A stretch of DNA of 64,000 bases. Source: an uncultured Methanoregulaceae archaeon. Lineage in GTDB: Archaea; Halobacteriota; Methanomicrobia; Methanomicrobiales; Methanospirillaceae. Below the pieces are notes generated by a model. That model saw nothing but the letters and a program-made list of their open reading frames with translations, was not told the origin of the DNA and did no database searches. The position numbers were made by a program, and so were the translations under genes. The stretch lies in contig CAVTTL010000001.1 in assembly GCA_963737635.1 (NCBI GenBank), forward strand, positions 832,001-896,000. The letters are read 5' to 3'. Shown here one piece after another: positions 54,101 through 62,820 of the stretch; position 1 is the stretch's first letter; every line of letters begins with the position of its first letter.

Positions 54101-54393
54101 TGATTGCAAAAGAGAAATGGATCCAACTTTCCCAGATAGGTGAAGTAGCCATTCCCCCGCTCCGGGACATGCTCACGTGTTCTGACGACGACCTACGTAT
54201 AGGTGCAATCCTCGCCTTAGGAAAAATGAAAGGATCCTGTGCTATCGATCCACTGATCCAGGCGCTCAAGGACCGTAACATTCTCGTTCGGCGAAAAGCG
54301 ATGAATGCCCTTATAGAAGTGGGAGAGTCTGCCAGAGAGCCACTCATCCAGGCAGACTTCAATAGGCGATCCCGATCTCTTTTCCGCGGTTGA
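51115..54393 (+). CDS. Large PBS-lyase-type HEAT repeat protein (possible terminal frameshift extending to about 54433)
   Basis: Many VRxAAAxALGxIG/AVxPLIxAL repeats in blocks separated by low-complexity linkers. Confidence 0.88.
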   Translation: MGVFDLFKNNSPGNIENSDFENLIKALQSDDLALLQKARENLQALGDPALVPLLQHALVADDKLRTQILIVVQGLSGVSPAGIYTCMKNTCQMEEQEIIRFFATPGKHAIPGLLKLSIENDPDAKLVAVSALVQIGEPAIPLLTKALSHRSYRIRSSAAEALTRMKWEPGSHDEYIQYLVAGKKWSEIIRLKKNAVPPLVGLLQDKYYGIRRDVAKALGATGDARAVLPLIDLLADPEDDVCISAVEALAQINNKTAVPALVKTLSHPSNYVRHMAGTALSEFGWSPSTNEEKVTFLIALERWQDLTRTGKPAIPQLIGIIGDAHQGVQIGAVTALKAMGKPGMDALLAFFNQADPSVRKMITDTLSATSAPAPGKPEAVPKETAAEAPSLPEKNGAVNPLPGVTGAGSKLPVGQHKEFRKFPEPQSGESTQKHTAMKRPDTYQESDPAARAPEQAALKNRTFERPVPTTETHSTRHERQPDFSALTQTADKEDTTEAELASLILSLGNSDENIRTLAVDALERIGIPAIDALSGALRDTSMEVRVAAAEVLGRIGNERAVRPLIDALKDSDEEVRAAAARSLGEIGEFSAFIPLIQTLKDGDLQVRQNAETALVAFGDQAVGPIRKLAVHESPLIRGSSATILGKIGGVGVAQDLETYLSDPEETVRMRASVALGELGSGGIPVLARILQTRDPGLRLCAVIGLGHAGPEAKEYLVLACNDESPIVRERARAFLDAGNETVISSAYLPGLSAVTPGVLPQNPSVPANRALPDPQKLILLLVHPDKDVQITAARDLVGLGDRAVDSLIGALSHESIEVQASASEVLVSMGQPAIDPLIAALASPPLNKQMWAAQILGKINDRRAVPHLIGKLDVAEPRLRQTISEALGYIGDPEAIPHLVRLLDYPEETVQISAARALGYLGHTEAVPGLIGALNNEEYNVREIASDAIVEIGVPAFPHLVPALTSPSREIRNGVAGCLDRLGWKPLQEEDVIHYLIAKEKWIQLSQIGEVAIPPLRDMLTCSDDDLRIGAILALGKMKGSCAIDPLIQALKDRNILVRRKAMNALIEVGESAREPLIQADFNRRSRSLFRG

Positions 54394-54559
54394 ACATATT
54401 CTTGAACGAATCAGCCGAAAGTCCAACCTGTGAATTCTGTCAGGTCAGAATTCATCCGCATTCCTCTACTACCAACCCAACCGTAACAAAAAAGATCGGT
54501 ATATATTCTGTTGAGAAGATCTTTTTTAAAAAAAAAGCTTCGCCGCTGTACACCAGTTG

Positions 54560-55312
54560 TTACCGATTAGACTTTTCCCGCAGTGTCTCTCTCTTTTTTT
54601 CCTGCTTTTTTTCCATCGCCTCTTCTTTGAGATTTTTGGGCATCAGCTCGATTGCGTACCTCAGGGCCGTCCGGGGCATGACTTGTCTATTGCGCATAAC
54701 GAATGCGAATACTTCAGCCTGATGTTGTCGGCTCGCTTCCTTTAAAAGCCAGCCATAGCCTTTTTGCACCATGTCATCGCTGTCAGTTAGAAGAAGATTT
54801 GCAATTTCCATCGATTCGGGAAGGAATGTGCCATGCTTTGCCGGGATAATAAGCGAGACCGCGGCTGCCCGGCGCATCCACCGGTTCTCCGATTGCGTCC
54901 AGCGCCTGAGTTCTTCGATGCACTCAGGGTACTGTTCGAAAAAATCACCCAATGTGTGATTGCAGAGTCCGTCGCAGGAGGCCCAGTTGGTAACGTAGGT
55001 ATCAATCCAGCGCCGGAACACCGCAAGATCTTCCCGCTCATACCGTCCGGAGAGAGCGTAAGCCCAAGTCGAGACGATAAAAGATTCCTCGAGCTGTCCT
55101 GATCGGTACAGCTCTTCGCAGAGAGCAAAAATCTCCTCTTTTTTCCGGAGCTTTATCTCCTTCCAGTACTTTTTTGCGAGAGTCGTAACCACCGGGGTTT
55201 TAATCCCGTAACAGGAGATCTCCTCTTTAAAGAACCGGCGGGAAGTTTCTTGGATCTGCGGATTTGCCAATCCATTGAGTTCCTGTCGTATACGTATGAT
55301 AACTGGATCCAT
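54560..55312 (-). CDS. AlkD-like DNA alkylation repair protein
   Basis: YGIKTP, VTNWASCD, WTQSENRWMRRAA, MVQKGYGWLLKE and MPRTALRYAIE. Confidence 0.85.
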   Translation of the reverse strand: MDPVIIRIRQELNGLANPQIQETSRRFFKEEISCYGIKTPVVTTLAKKYWKEIKLRKKEEIFALCEELYRSGQLEESFIVSTWAYALSGRYEREDLAVFRRWIDTYVTNWASCDGLCNHTLGDFFEQYPECIEELRRWTQSENRWMRRAAAVSLIIPAKHGTFLPESMEIANLLLTDSDDMVQKGYGWLLKEASRQHQAEVFAFVMRNRQVMPRTALRYAIELMPKNLKEEAMEKKQEKKRETLREKSNR

Positions 55313-55395
55313 GAAAAGGGTAGGAAGGACCGGGGGATAAGGAATACGGCACACGCGAAGGGGCGATGACGACGTGCCCCGTGAGGCTGTCCCCC

Positions 55396-55779
55396 TCACT
55401 TATTTTTCTTTCCCGCTTTCGTTGGGCATGGACTGACTGTTGTATCACCGGTCTCACTTTCGAGGTACATCCCTCCCCAGGTACAGAGTGCCTGCAGGAT
55501 CGGGATCAAGGTCGTGCCAAATTCGGTAATTGCGTATTCCACCCGCGGAGGCACTTCAGGGTAAAGGGGCCTCCTGATCACACCATCTTTTTCGAGCTCG
55601 CGGAGCTGCTTGGTGAGCATCTTGGCATTGACTCCCGGCAATGTTTTCTGCAGTTCGCCAAAACGCATGACGTTGTCCCCGAGGTGCCAGAGAATGAGGG
55701 GTTTCCACTTGCCACCGATCACATCCAAGGTAGCTTCAACGGTGCAATGGTAGGTCCTGCCGTTCTTTGTATAGGTCAT
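55396..55779 (-). CDS. HxlR family transcriptional regulator
   Basis: CTVEATLDVIGGKWK, RFGEL, KMLTKQLRELE and PPRVEY. Confidence 0.92.
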   Translation of the reverse strand: MTYTKNGRTYHCTVEATLDVIGGKWKPLILWHLGDNVMRFGELQKTLPGVNAKMLTKQLRELEKDGVIRRPLYPEVPPRVEYAITEFGTTLIPILQALCTWGGMYLESETGDTTVSPCPTKAGKKNK

Positions 55780-55950
55780 GGTTACTCCTATGAAAGTCTG
55801 TTACATTATTATCTGTATTTCCTATTTAATCATCTGATGTCTATTCCATCATAAGGGTTCAGATTGCCATTGCAGGCTCCTGGAATGTATGCAGGGTTGC
55901 GGATGGTGGTTGCCCCGGGTCCCGCGTGCCGGGATGTGAGGAATACCTGT

Positions 55951-56514
55951 ATGGAAAAAAAACAGATCCAGAATAATTTTTTTATCCCGATGCCGGTGGT
56001 ACTCGTCGGCACTCAGGTTCAGGGACGGGCGAATTTCATGACCGTGGGCTGGTGTGCCCGAGCCAATGCGAACCCTCCGATGATTGTCTGTGGGATCGGG
56101 AACCACCACTATACCCCGCAGGGAATTGCAGAGACAAAAACATTCTCGGTCAACATCCCTCCGTCAGCTCTTCTGGAGAAGACTGATTACTGTGGGATAG
56201 TATCAGGTGAAAAAATCGACAAGTCGCGTGTTTTTGACGTGTTTTACGGATCGCTCAAGACTGCACCGATGATCCGAGAGTGTCCGGTCACCCTCGAGTG
56301 CCGGCTTGAAAAGGCCGTCCCGCTTCCGACCAACACGCTTTTTATTGGTGAGATCGTGGGCGCGTACGCGGACGGAAACGTGATGAAGGACAACAAACCG
56401 GACTTTGCGGTGATCGACCCACTCTTCCTGACCATGCCTGACAATAGGTATTGGACGATCGGGAAGCCTGCAGGGGACGCGTGGAGTGCCGGTAAAAAAC
56501 TGATAGCATCCTAG
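55951..56514 (+). CDS. Flavin reductase/flavoredoxin family protein
   Basis: PMPVVLVGT, NFMTVGW, FSVNIP, DYCGIVSG and APMIRECPVTLEC. Confidence 0.88.
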   Translation: MEKKQIQNNFFIPMPVVLVGTQVQGRANFMTVGWCARANANPPMIVCGIGNHHYTPQGIAETKTFSVNIPPSALLEKTDYCGIVSGEKIDKSRVFDVFYGSLKTAPMIRECPVTLECRLEKAVPLPTNTLFIGEIVGAYADGNVMKDNKPDFAVIDPLFLTMPDNRYWTIGKPAGDAWSAGKKLIAS

Positions 56515-56543
56515 AACAAGATATTCACAAGGACGGTAAACAA

Positions 56544-57363
56544 ATGGACACTATTCTCGTCGATCAGAATCTATGCACTCGGTGCGGTATCTGTTCCATC
56601 GTCTGCCCGGCCTCGATCGTTGATCCGGCAGATGAGAATTCCTTTCCCCGGGTGCAAGACACACGGGCAGGCATGTGCATCCGGTGCGGGCACTGCGAGG
56701 TTTCGTGCCCGTCGCAGGCACTTATCCTGAACTACCTCGTGGATGAGAAAGTCCCCGTCCCAGCCGGCACAGGAGCGATCTCTCCCGAAGATCTCGGAAT
56801 ATACCTGAAGAGGCGTCGGTCCGTGCGACACTTCACCAGCGAACCAGTCACAAAAGAGGCGATCACCGAGATCCTCGATATTGCACGGTACGCAGCTTCC
56901 GGCGGGAACGGCCAGCCAGTACAATGGTTGATTGTCCATGATCCCAATGAAGTCCGGCGGCTTGCCGGTATTACGGTCGATTGGATGAAGACGTTAAAAG
57001 GCAGCAGCCACCCTATGAGCGGATATATCCCCTCGCTGATATCCGCATGGGAATCCGGGTTCGACCCGGTCTGCCGCGGGGCACCTCATCTTGCAGTCGC
57101 TCATATCCCTGAGGGTAACCCGGTAGCCACCGTCGATGCGCTCATCGCGCTGACCTATTTTGATATCGCCGCACCGGCGTTTGGGGTCGGGACCTGCTGG
57201 GCAGGATTTCTCTCGATGGCAGCGGCAGCGTATGAACCCCTGCAGGAAGCGCTCGCCCTCCCGGCTGGACGTACATATTCGGTACAGCCTGATGTTCGGT
57301 TACCCGCACTACAAGACCTATGGCATCCCGCGCCGCAACCCGGTGCAGGTAATGTGGCGGTAA
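56544..57363 (+). CDS. Ferredoxin-fused nitroreductase (apparent frameshift near 57280)
   Basis: CTRCGICSIVCP, CIRCGHCEVSCP, RRSVRHF, ASGGNGQ, GTCWAG and then MFGYP. Confidence 0.88.
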
Positions 57364-57413
57364 GTGACTTCCTGCATAGGAATGGTTAATACCGCAGTTA
57401 TTCAGGTAAAGGT

Positions 57414-58196
57414 ATGACAGATTACGCAGCTATCGGACGGAAGAAACTGCTAGAGATCGATGGGAAGGCCGGTGTCAGGGTCGAAAAGATGTTAAACGGT
57501 ATTTGCCCTGATCTCGCCCGGTACCTCATTGAATATTCATTCGGGGAGATCTATGCACGGGAGATTCTCGATAACAAGACAAAAGAACAGGTGGTCGTGG
57601 CCGCCCTTACTGCCATGGGCACGGCTGCACCTCAGCTGAAGGTTCACATCCACGCAGCGCTCCACGTCGGCTGTACTCCTGAAGAGATCCGGGAGATCAT
57701 TATCCAGATGTGCGGCTATGCAGGATTCCCGGCGACACTGAACGCTATGGGGTCGCTTATGGAGGTCCTCAAGGAAAACGGGCAGGCACTTTCTCAAACC
57801 TCTGTCCATGCCGGTTCTGAGGGAAGGTACGAACGCGGTCGGGACCTGCTTTCCCGAATCGCTCCTGACCAGGAGCGGGTGCTGAGGGAAACGTTCGATC
57901 CGATAAACCCCGACATCACGCGATATGTCATCGAGTTCGGATACGGGGACATCTACGCCAGGGGCATCCCGTCGATCCGGAGCCGTCAGGCAGCGACCAT
58001 TGCAGCGCTTGCAGCAAAAGGGACTGCTCCATCGCAGCTCCGGTTCCATATCGGCGGCGGGCTCCGGGCCGGCCTTTCCGAGAAGGAGATTGTCGAGATT
58101 ATGCTGCTTATCTCGCTCTACGCCGGGTTCCCGGCAGCGTTGAATGGTATCCTCGCCACCCGTGAAGTATCATCGGCAATGAAGGAGAAGGTATGA
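57414..58196 (+). CDS. Tandem-domain carboxymuconolactone decarboxylase family protein
   Basis: Two copies of FGE/YGD-IYAR..QL.(V/F)HI..YAGFPA.LN. Confidence 0.85.
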   Translation: MTDYAAIGRKKLLEIDGKAGVRVEKMLNGICPDLARYLIEYSFGEIYAREILDNKTKEQVVVAALTAMGTAAPQLKVHIHAALHVGCTPEEIREIIIQMCGYAGFPATLNAMGSLMEVLKENGQALSQTSVHAGSEGRYERGRDLLSRIAPDQERVLRETFDPINPDITRYVIEFGYGDIYARGIPSIRSRQAATIAALAAKGTAPSQLRFHIGGGLRAGLSEKEIVEIMLLISLYAGFPAALNGILATREVSSAMKEKV

Positions 58197-58268
58197 TGAA
58201 AACGACAAGGAATCTCTGTTTTGGCGTGTACTTACCCAAGGAAAGAAAGTAACAACAGGTGACCAACG

Positions 58269-58852
58269 ATGACAAAAGTTATTGCATTCAATGGAAGTCC
58301 CCGGAAAAAGGGGAACACGTCCATTCTGATCGGTTACGTCTTCAAGGAACTAGAAGGCGAAGGGATCGAAACCGAGCTCGTACATGTCGGTGGAAAGAAG
58401 TCCGGGGATGTACGGCCTGCATGAAGTGTTTCGAGAACAAGGACGGCCATTGCGTCTTCGATGACGACATCGTCAACCATTGCATCGACCAGATGGTCGA
58501 AGCAGACGGGATTATCCTTGGTTCGCCGGTGTATTTCTTGGACGTGACCGCAGAGATGAAAGGATTGATCGACCGGGCGGGGTTCGTGTCCATGGCAAAC
58601 GGGGGCCTTTACCGGCGCAAAGCAGGGATGGCCGTTGCTGCAGTGCGGCGTTCCGGGGGAAGTCGTACTCTTGATACCATGCTCCATTTCCTGCTTGCCA
58701 CCGGAATGGTCGTTCCGGGATTCCCGGTTCTTGGCGTCGGAAGAGAGATCGGGGATGTTCACAAAGACGAAGAAGGTATCGGCCGTGCCCGGGATGCGGG
58801 GAAGAATATAGCCTGGCTCCTTAAGATGATGGAGACCGCAGGGAATTCGTGA
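58269..58852 (+). CDS. Iron-sulfur flavoprotein/flavodoxin family (apparent frameshift near 58400)
   Basis: AFNGSPRKKGNT, CTACMKC..C, GSPVYF and RRSGG. Confidence 0.87.
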
Positions 58853-58864
58853 TCAGGTGAACAC

Positions 58865-59515
58865 ATGACAAACATTATCGCAATCAACGGAAGCCCACGC
58901 AAGAAGTGGAATACGGCAACGCTGCTCGAACACGCCCTTGAAGGAGCGGCATCAGTCGGAGCAAAGACGGAGATGGTGCATTTGTACGATCTGGAGTACC
59001 AAGGATGCACCAGCTGTTTCTCCTGCAAGCTCATCGGTGGGAAGAGTTACGGAAAATGTGCATTAAAAGATGGGTTAACTCCGCTTCTCGAAAAGATCCC
59101 GTCGGCCGATGCCCTTATTCTTGGTTCGCCAATTTACTTGGGAACGGCGACCGGTGAGATGCGGTCATTCCTGGAACGGCTGGTCTTCCCGTACCTCGTC
59201 TACGATCCGGAACGCTCGTCCCTCTTGCCCAAGAAGATGCCAACCGGCTTTATCTACACCATGGGTGCAGATGAGAGCCGAGTAAAGGACATGGCGTATG
59301 AAGCGCAGTTCAAGCTTACGGCTGTGCTGCTTGAGCGGGTCTTTGGCCCATCAGAGTGGTTTATGGTAACCGATACGTTGCAGTTCGACGATTATTCAAA
59401 ATATGTCTCGTCGGCATTTGATCCGGAGGTAAAGGCACGGAGACGCCGGGAAGTCTTCCCGCAGGATTGCAAAACGGCATTTGAGATGGGAAAGCGGCTC
59501 GGAAAAGGGCTGTAG
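58865..59515 (+). CDS. Iron-sulfur flavoprotein/flavodoxin family
   Basis: INGSPRKKWNT, GCTSCFSCK..C and GSPIY. Confidence 0.88.
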   Translation: MTNIIAINGSPRKKWNTATLLEHALEGAASVGAKTEMVHLYDLEYQGCTSCFSCKLIGGKSYGKCALKDGLTPLLEKIPSADALILGSPIYLGTATGEMRSFLERLVFPYLVYDPERSSLLPKKMPTGFIYTMGADESRVKDMAYEAQFKLTAVLLERVFGPSEWFMVTDTLQFDDYSKYVSSAFDPEVKARRRREVFPQDCKTAFEMGKRLGKGL

Positions 59516-59636
59516 CCCGAAAGGACGGAAGAGGAGCAGCGGGCACTATGAGGTATCTTTGAGAGTCTTTAATCATATACCACATCTTTATCTGTGAGAT
59601 GCTCCAGATGGTGAGATACCAAAAGGAGAAGATGAC

Positions 59637-59820
59637 ATGGCCACCGATCCTGTCTGTTTTATGATAGTTGACGAGGATACCGCCCAGTTCCGGAGTACTG
59701 TACAGGGATACTGAATACTATTTCTGCTGTAACTACTGCAAAAAGCAGTTCGATGCAAACCCGAAGCGGTATAGCCGGCTCGCAAACGATATGACGGTAG
59801 ATCTGGGATCCGGCTGCTGA
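59637..59820 (+). CDS. YHS/TRASH metal-binding protein (not in ORF track; apparent frameshift near 59699)
   Basis: MATDPVCFMIVDE..., then YRDTEYYFCCNYCKKQFDANPKRY. Confidence 0.8.
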
Positions 59821-59918
59821 AGGATACCGAAATTCACTGCCGCGTGAAGTGCGACTGGAAAAACAGGTTTTTTGTCGTACACGAGGAACGAAATACCTAT
59901 TTGTACGGGAATTATGAT

Positions 59919-60332
59919 ATGACAGCACAAGACACCATTGCCAATACGTTCGCGGGAGATAACCGGTTTTCGATTATGGCGCAGGCCCTCAGGGCAACCG
60001 GTCTTGATTCAATTCTCGCAGGGAAAGGGCCGTTTACTGTCTGTGCACCGACTGACAATGCATTCCGGTTACTGCCGCCAGAAACCTTTGCCACGCTCAT
60101 AGCCGACCATCAGGGGCAGCTGCTCAGGGCACTCCAGTACCATATCCTCTATGGCAACCTCTCTTGCAACACGATCAAAAAACTGAATTTTCCCAAGACG
60201 CGCCTTGGTATAACCGTTGAGATCACGGAGAAGGGAGGGGTCGTGATATTCGGCGGTGCTACCGTGATCTTCCCCGATATCATCTGCACAAATGGCGTGA
60301 TCCACGGGGTCGATCATGTTGTCATTCCATAG
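59919..60332 (+). CDS. Fasciclin (FAS1) domain protein
   Basis: GPFTVCAPTDNAF, LQYHI and NGVIHGVDHV. Confidence 0.88.
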   Translation: MTAQDTIANTFAGDNRFSIMAQALRATGLDSILAGKGPFTVCAPTDNAFRLLPPETFATLIADHQGQLLRALQYHILYGNLSCNTIKKLNFPKTRLGITVEITEKGGVVIFGGATVIFPDIICTNGVIHGVDHVVIP

Positions 60333-60446
60333 TGATCGACAACCTTCCTGCAGTTCAAACAATAACCTATAACTCATTTCGTGAGCAATATTTCATCCGT
60401 TGAATAGTCCTTTTTGAATCTCTATAAAAACAGCTCAGGTCATGCC

Positions 60447-62662
60447 ATGAACCAACCATCTGTCGTCGACAGCATCCTCTCAGCCCGCTACCTGCGGCGA
60501 GGGGAGAAGGATTTTACCGATATCTGCCGCCGTGTAGCCTCGGCTCTGGCAGAGGATGAAACTGAAAGAGCCCGTTTTCACGAGGCGATGATCTCGCTGC
60601 GTTTCCTGCCCAATTCTCCCACGCTCATGAACGCCGGGACCGAGCTGGGCCAGCTCTCCGCCTGCTTCACCCTTCCGGTCCCGGACACCATCGATGGGAT
60701 TTTCGACGCGATGAAGGAAGGGGCGATCATCCACAAAACAGGTGGGGGAACAGGGTACAATTTCTCGCGTATCCGGCGGAAGGATCTCCTGTGCAGTCTA
60801 CGGACGGCGTCGCATCCGGCCCCATCTCGTTCATGAGGGTTTTTAATGCGGCCACCGATGTAATCAAGCAGGGCGGGCGCTGGCGCGGGGCAAATATGGG
60901 GATCCTCAATGTCTGGCACGCGGACATTCTCACTTTTATTGCGGCCAAGAAAAAAGAAGGAGACATCGCGAACTTCAATATCTCTGTGATGGTCAACGAA
61001 AGGTTCATGGATCTCGTTTCGAAGAGACAGTTCGGTACAGTCTGGCTCACCCGCGAGAGTTCTGGTGAAAAAGTTACTGTCGGCCAGATCTGGACCGGCA
61101 TTGTGGACGGTATCTGGAAAAACGGTGAGCCCGGCATCCTCTTCTTCGACGAGATCAACCGGCACAACCCGACACCGCAACTCGGGGACATCGACACCAC
61201 GAATCCCTGCGGCGAACAGCCGCTCCTGCCCTACGAGAGCTGTGTGCTCGGGAGCATAAACCTCGCCGCCTGTTTCCACGATGGCGTTCTCGACGAGGCG
61301 CTCCTCCGCGAGACCGCACGCATGGCGACCCGTTTTCTCGATATCGTGATCGATAAAAACGTCTTTCCTATTCCGCAGATTGGCGAGGCCACCCGGAGGA
61401 CAAGGAAGATTGGCCTTGGTGTCATGGGAGTTCACGACGCCATGCTCATGACCGGCCTTGCCTATGATTCTCCCGAGGGACGGGAATGGTGCGAGCGTGT
61501 CATGAAGATGGTGACAGAGACGGCGGTTGACGAGTCGCACAAGCGCGCTGAAAAGCTTGGAACGTTTCCGGCGTGGAAAGGGAGCAGCTGGAAAGATTTT
61601 GCGGTGCGTAACGCCGCGATGACTACCGTCGCTCCTACGGGAACGATCTCTCTCTTCACCGGATGTTCGAGCGGTATCGAGCCGATCTTCTCCTTTGCCT
61701 ACACGAGAAAGAATACCGTAGGAAAAACATTTGTCATTGTTAACCCGGTGTTCGAGGCTGCACTCAAGCATATCCTGTCCGAAATGGGTTTTGCCGGCGA
61801 TGAGCGGACAAAGAAGGCTGGCGAAGTTATCGCCCATGTCCACGAATGCGGCACGGTTCAGGACCTGCACTGGCTGCCGCAGACCTTCCGCGCGCTCTTT
61901 AAGACGGCACTTGATATCCCATGGCGCGATCACATCCTCATGCAGGCCAGTTTCCAGAAATATGTCCATGCGTCTATCAGTAAGACCATCAACATGCCCG
62001 GCTCAGCGACAAAAGAGGATTGCGAAGAAGCACTTCTCATGGCCTGGAAACTTGGCCTCAAGGGAATCACCATTTACCGGACCGGGAGCAGGGAGGATGT
62101 TGTCCTCGCCCTGAAAGAGAAGAGTCCTGTGGAATCTGCAGGATTAGTGACCGCGGCATCTGCCATACGGGCGGTACCGGAGAAAATACCATCTCTTTCT
62201 ATTGATCGGCCAAAGGAGCTTGCCGGCCGGACGTACCTCTGCCAGTCGGGATGCTGCCGTCTCTATGTGACGGTGAACCTGATGGATGGAAAACCCATGG
62301 AGGTATTTATCAGGACAGTCGGGAGCGGTGGGTGTGACGCGAACAGCAGCGCCCTCGGCCGTGCGATCAGCACCGGCCTGCAGAACGGGGTGCCGTACGG
62401 CAAGTTTGTCAAACAGTTCGCTAAAGTGAACTGTATCTCCGCAATCAAAAACCCATCGTCTGAAGGTCATTCCTGCGCGGACGTAGTCGGACGATGCATC
62501 GAGCTCTCGGCTAAAAACCAGAGCATTGCTACCCTGAACGACTGGGATATCAGAAAGACTGAAGAGCAACGGCTCTGCCCCGAGTGTCAAAACCCCTTAG
62601 ATTTTGGTGAGGGCTGTAATCAGGGGATCTGCAAACACTGCGGTTGGACCGGCTGCAGCTAA
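60447..62662 (+). CDS. nrdJ: Adenosylcobalamin-dependent (class II) ribonucleotide reductase with C-terminal TSCPD/zinc-ribbon region; apparent frameshift near 60777
   Basis: PNSPTLMNAG, LSACF, GGGTG, TNPCGEQPL, CVLGSINL, APTGTIS and SKTIN; ends CPEC..CKHCGWTGCS. Confidence 0.93.
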
Positions 62663-62820
62663 TCCTCTTTCCTTTGCGTCCTCTTTTTTAGGATTCGCTC
62701 CGGCATTTTCCCGGATATGTTGCATGGTCTGCAATTAGGGTGATACACAGTGGCTGAAGAACTGCCGGCCTGCCATTCAAGAGGAATGCAAGAATAAAAA
62801 AGGGAATTGATTTAGGACTT

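Noticed and set aside
919-60777. Mass pseudogenisation or genome decay
   Set aside because: Essential genes are affected, each break is a single base with otherwise intact motifs, and there are no accumulated stops; sequencing error fits better.
60578-61969. 463-aa ORF antisense to nrdJ, and similar long antisense ORFs elsewhere
   Set aside because: These are shadow frames of GC-rich coding sequence with no motifs.
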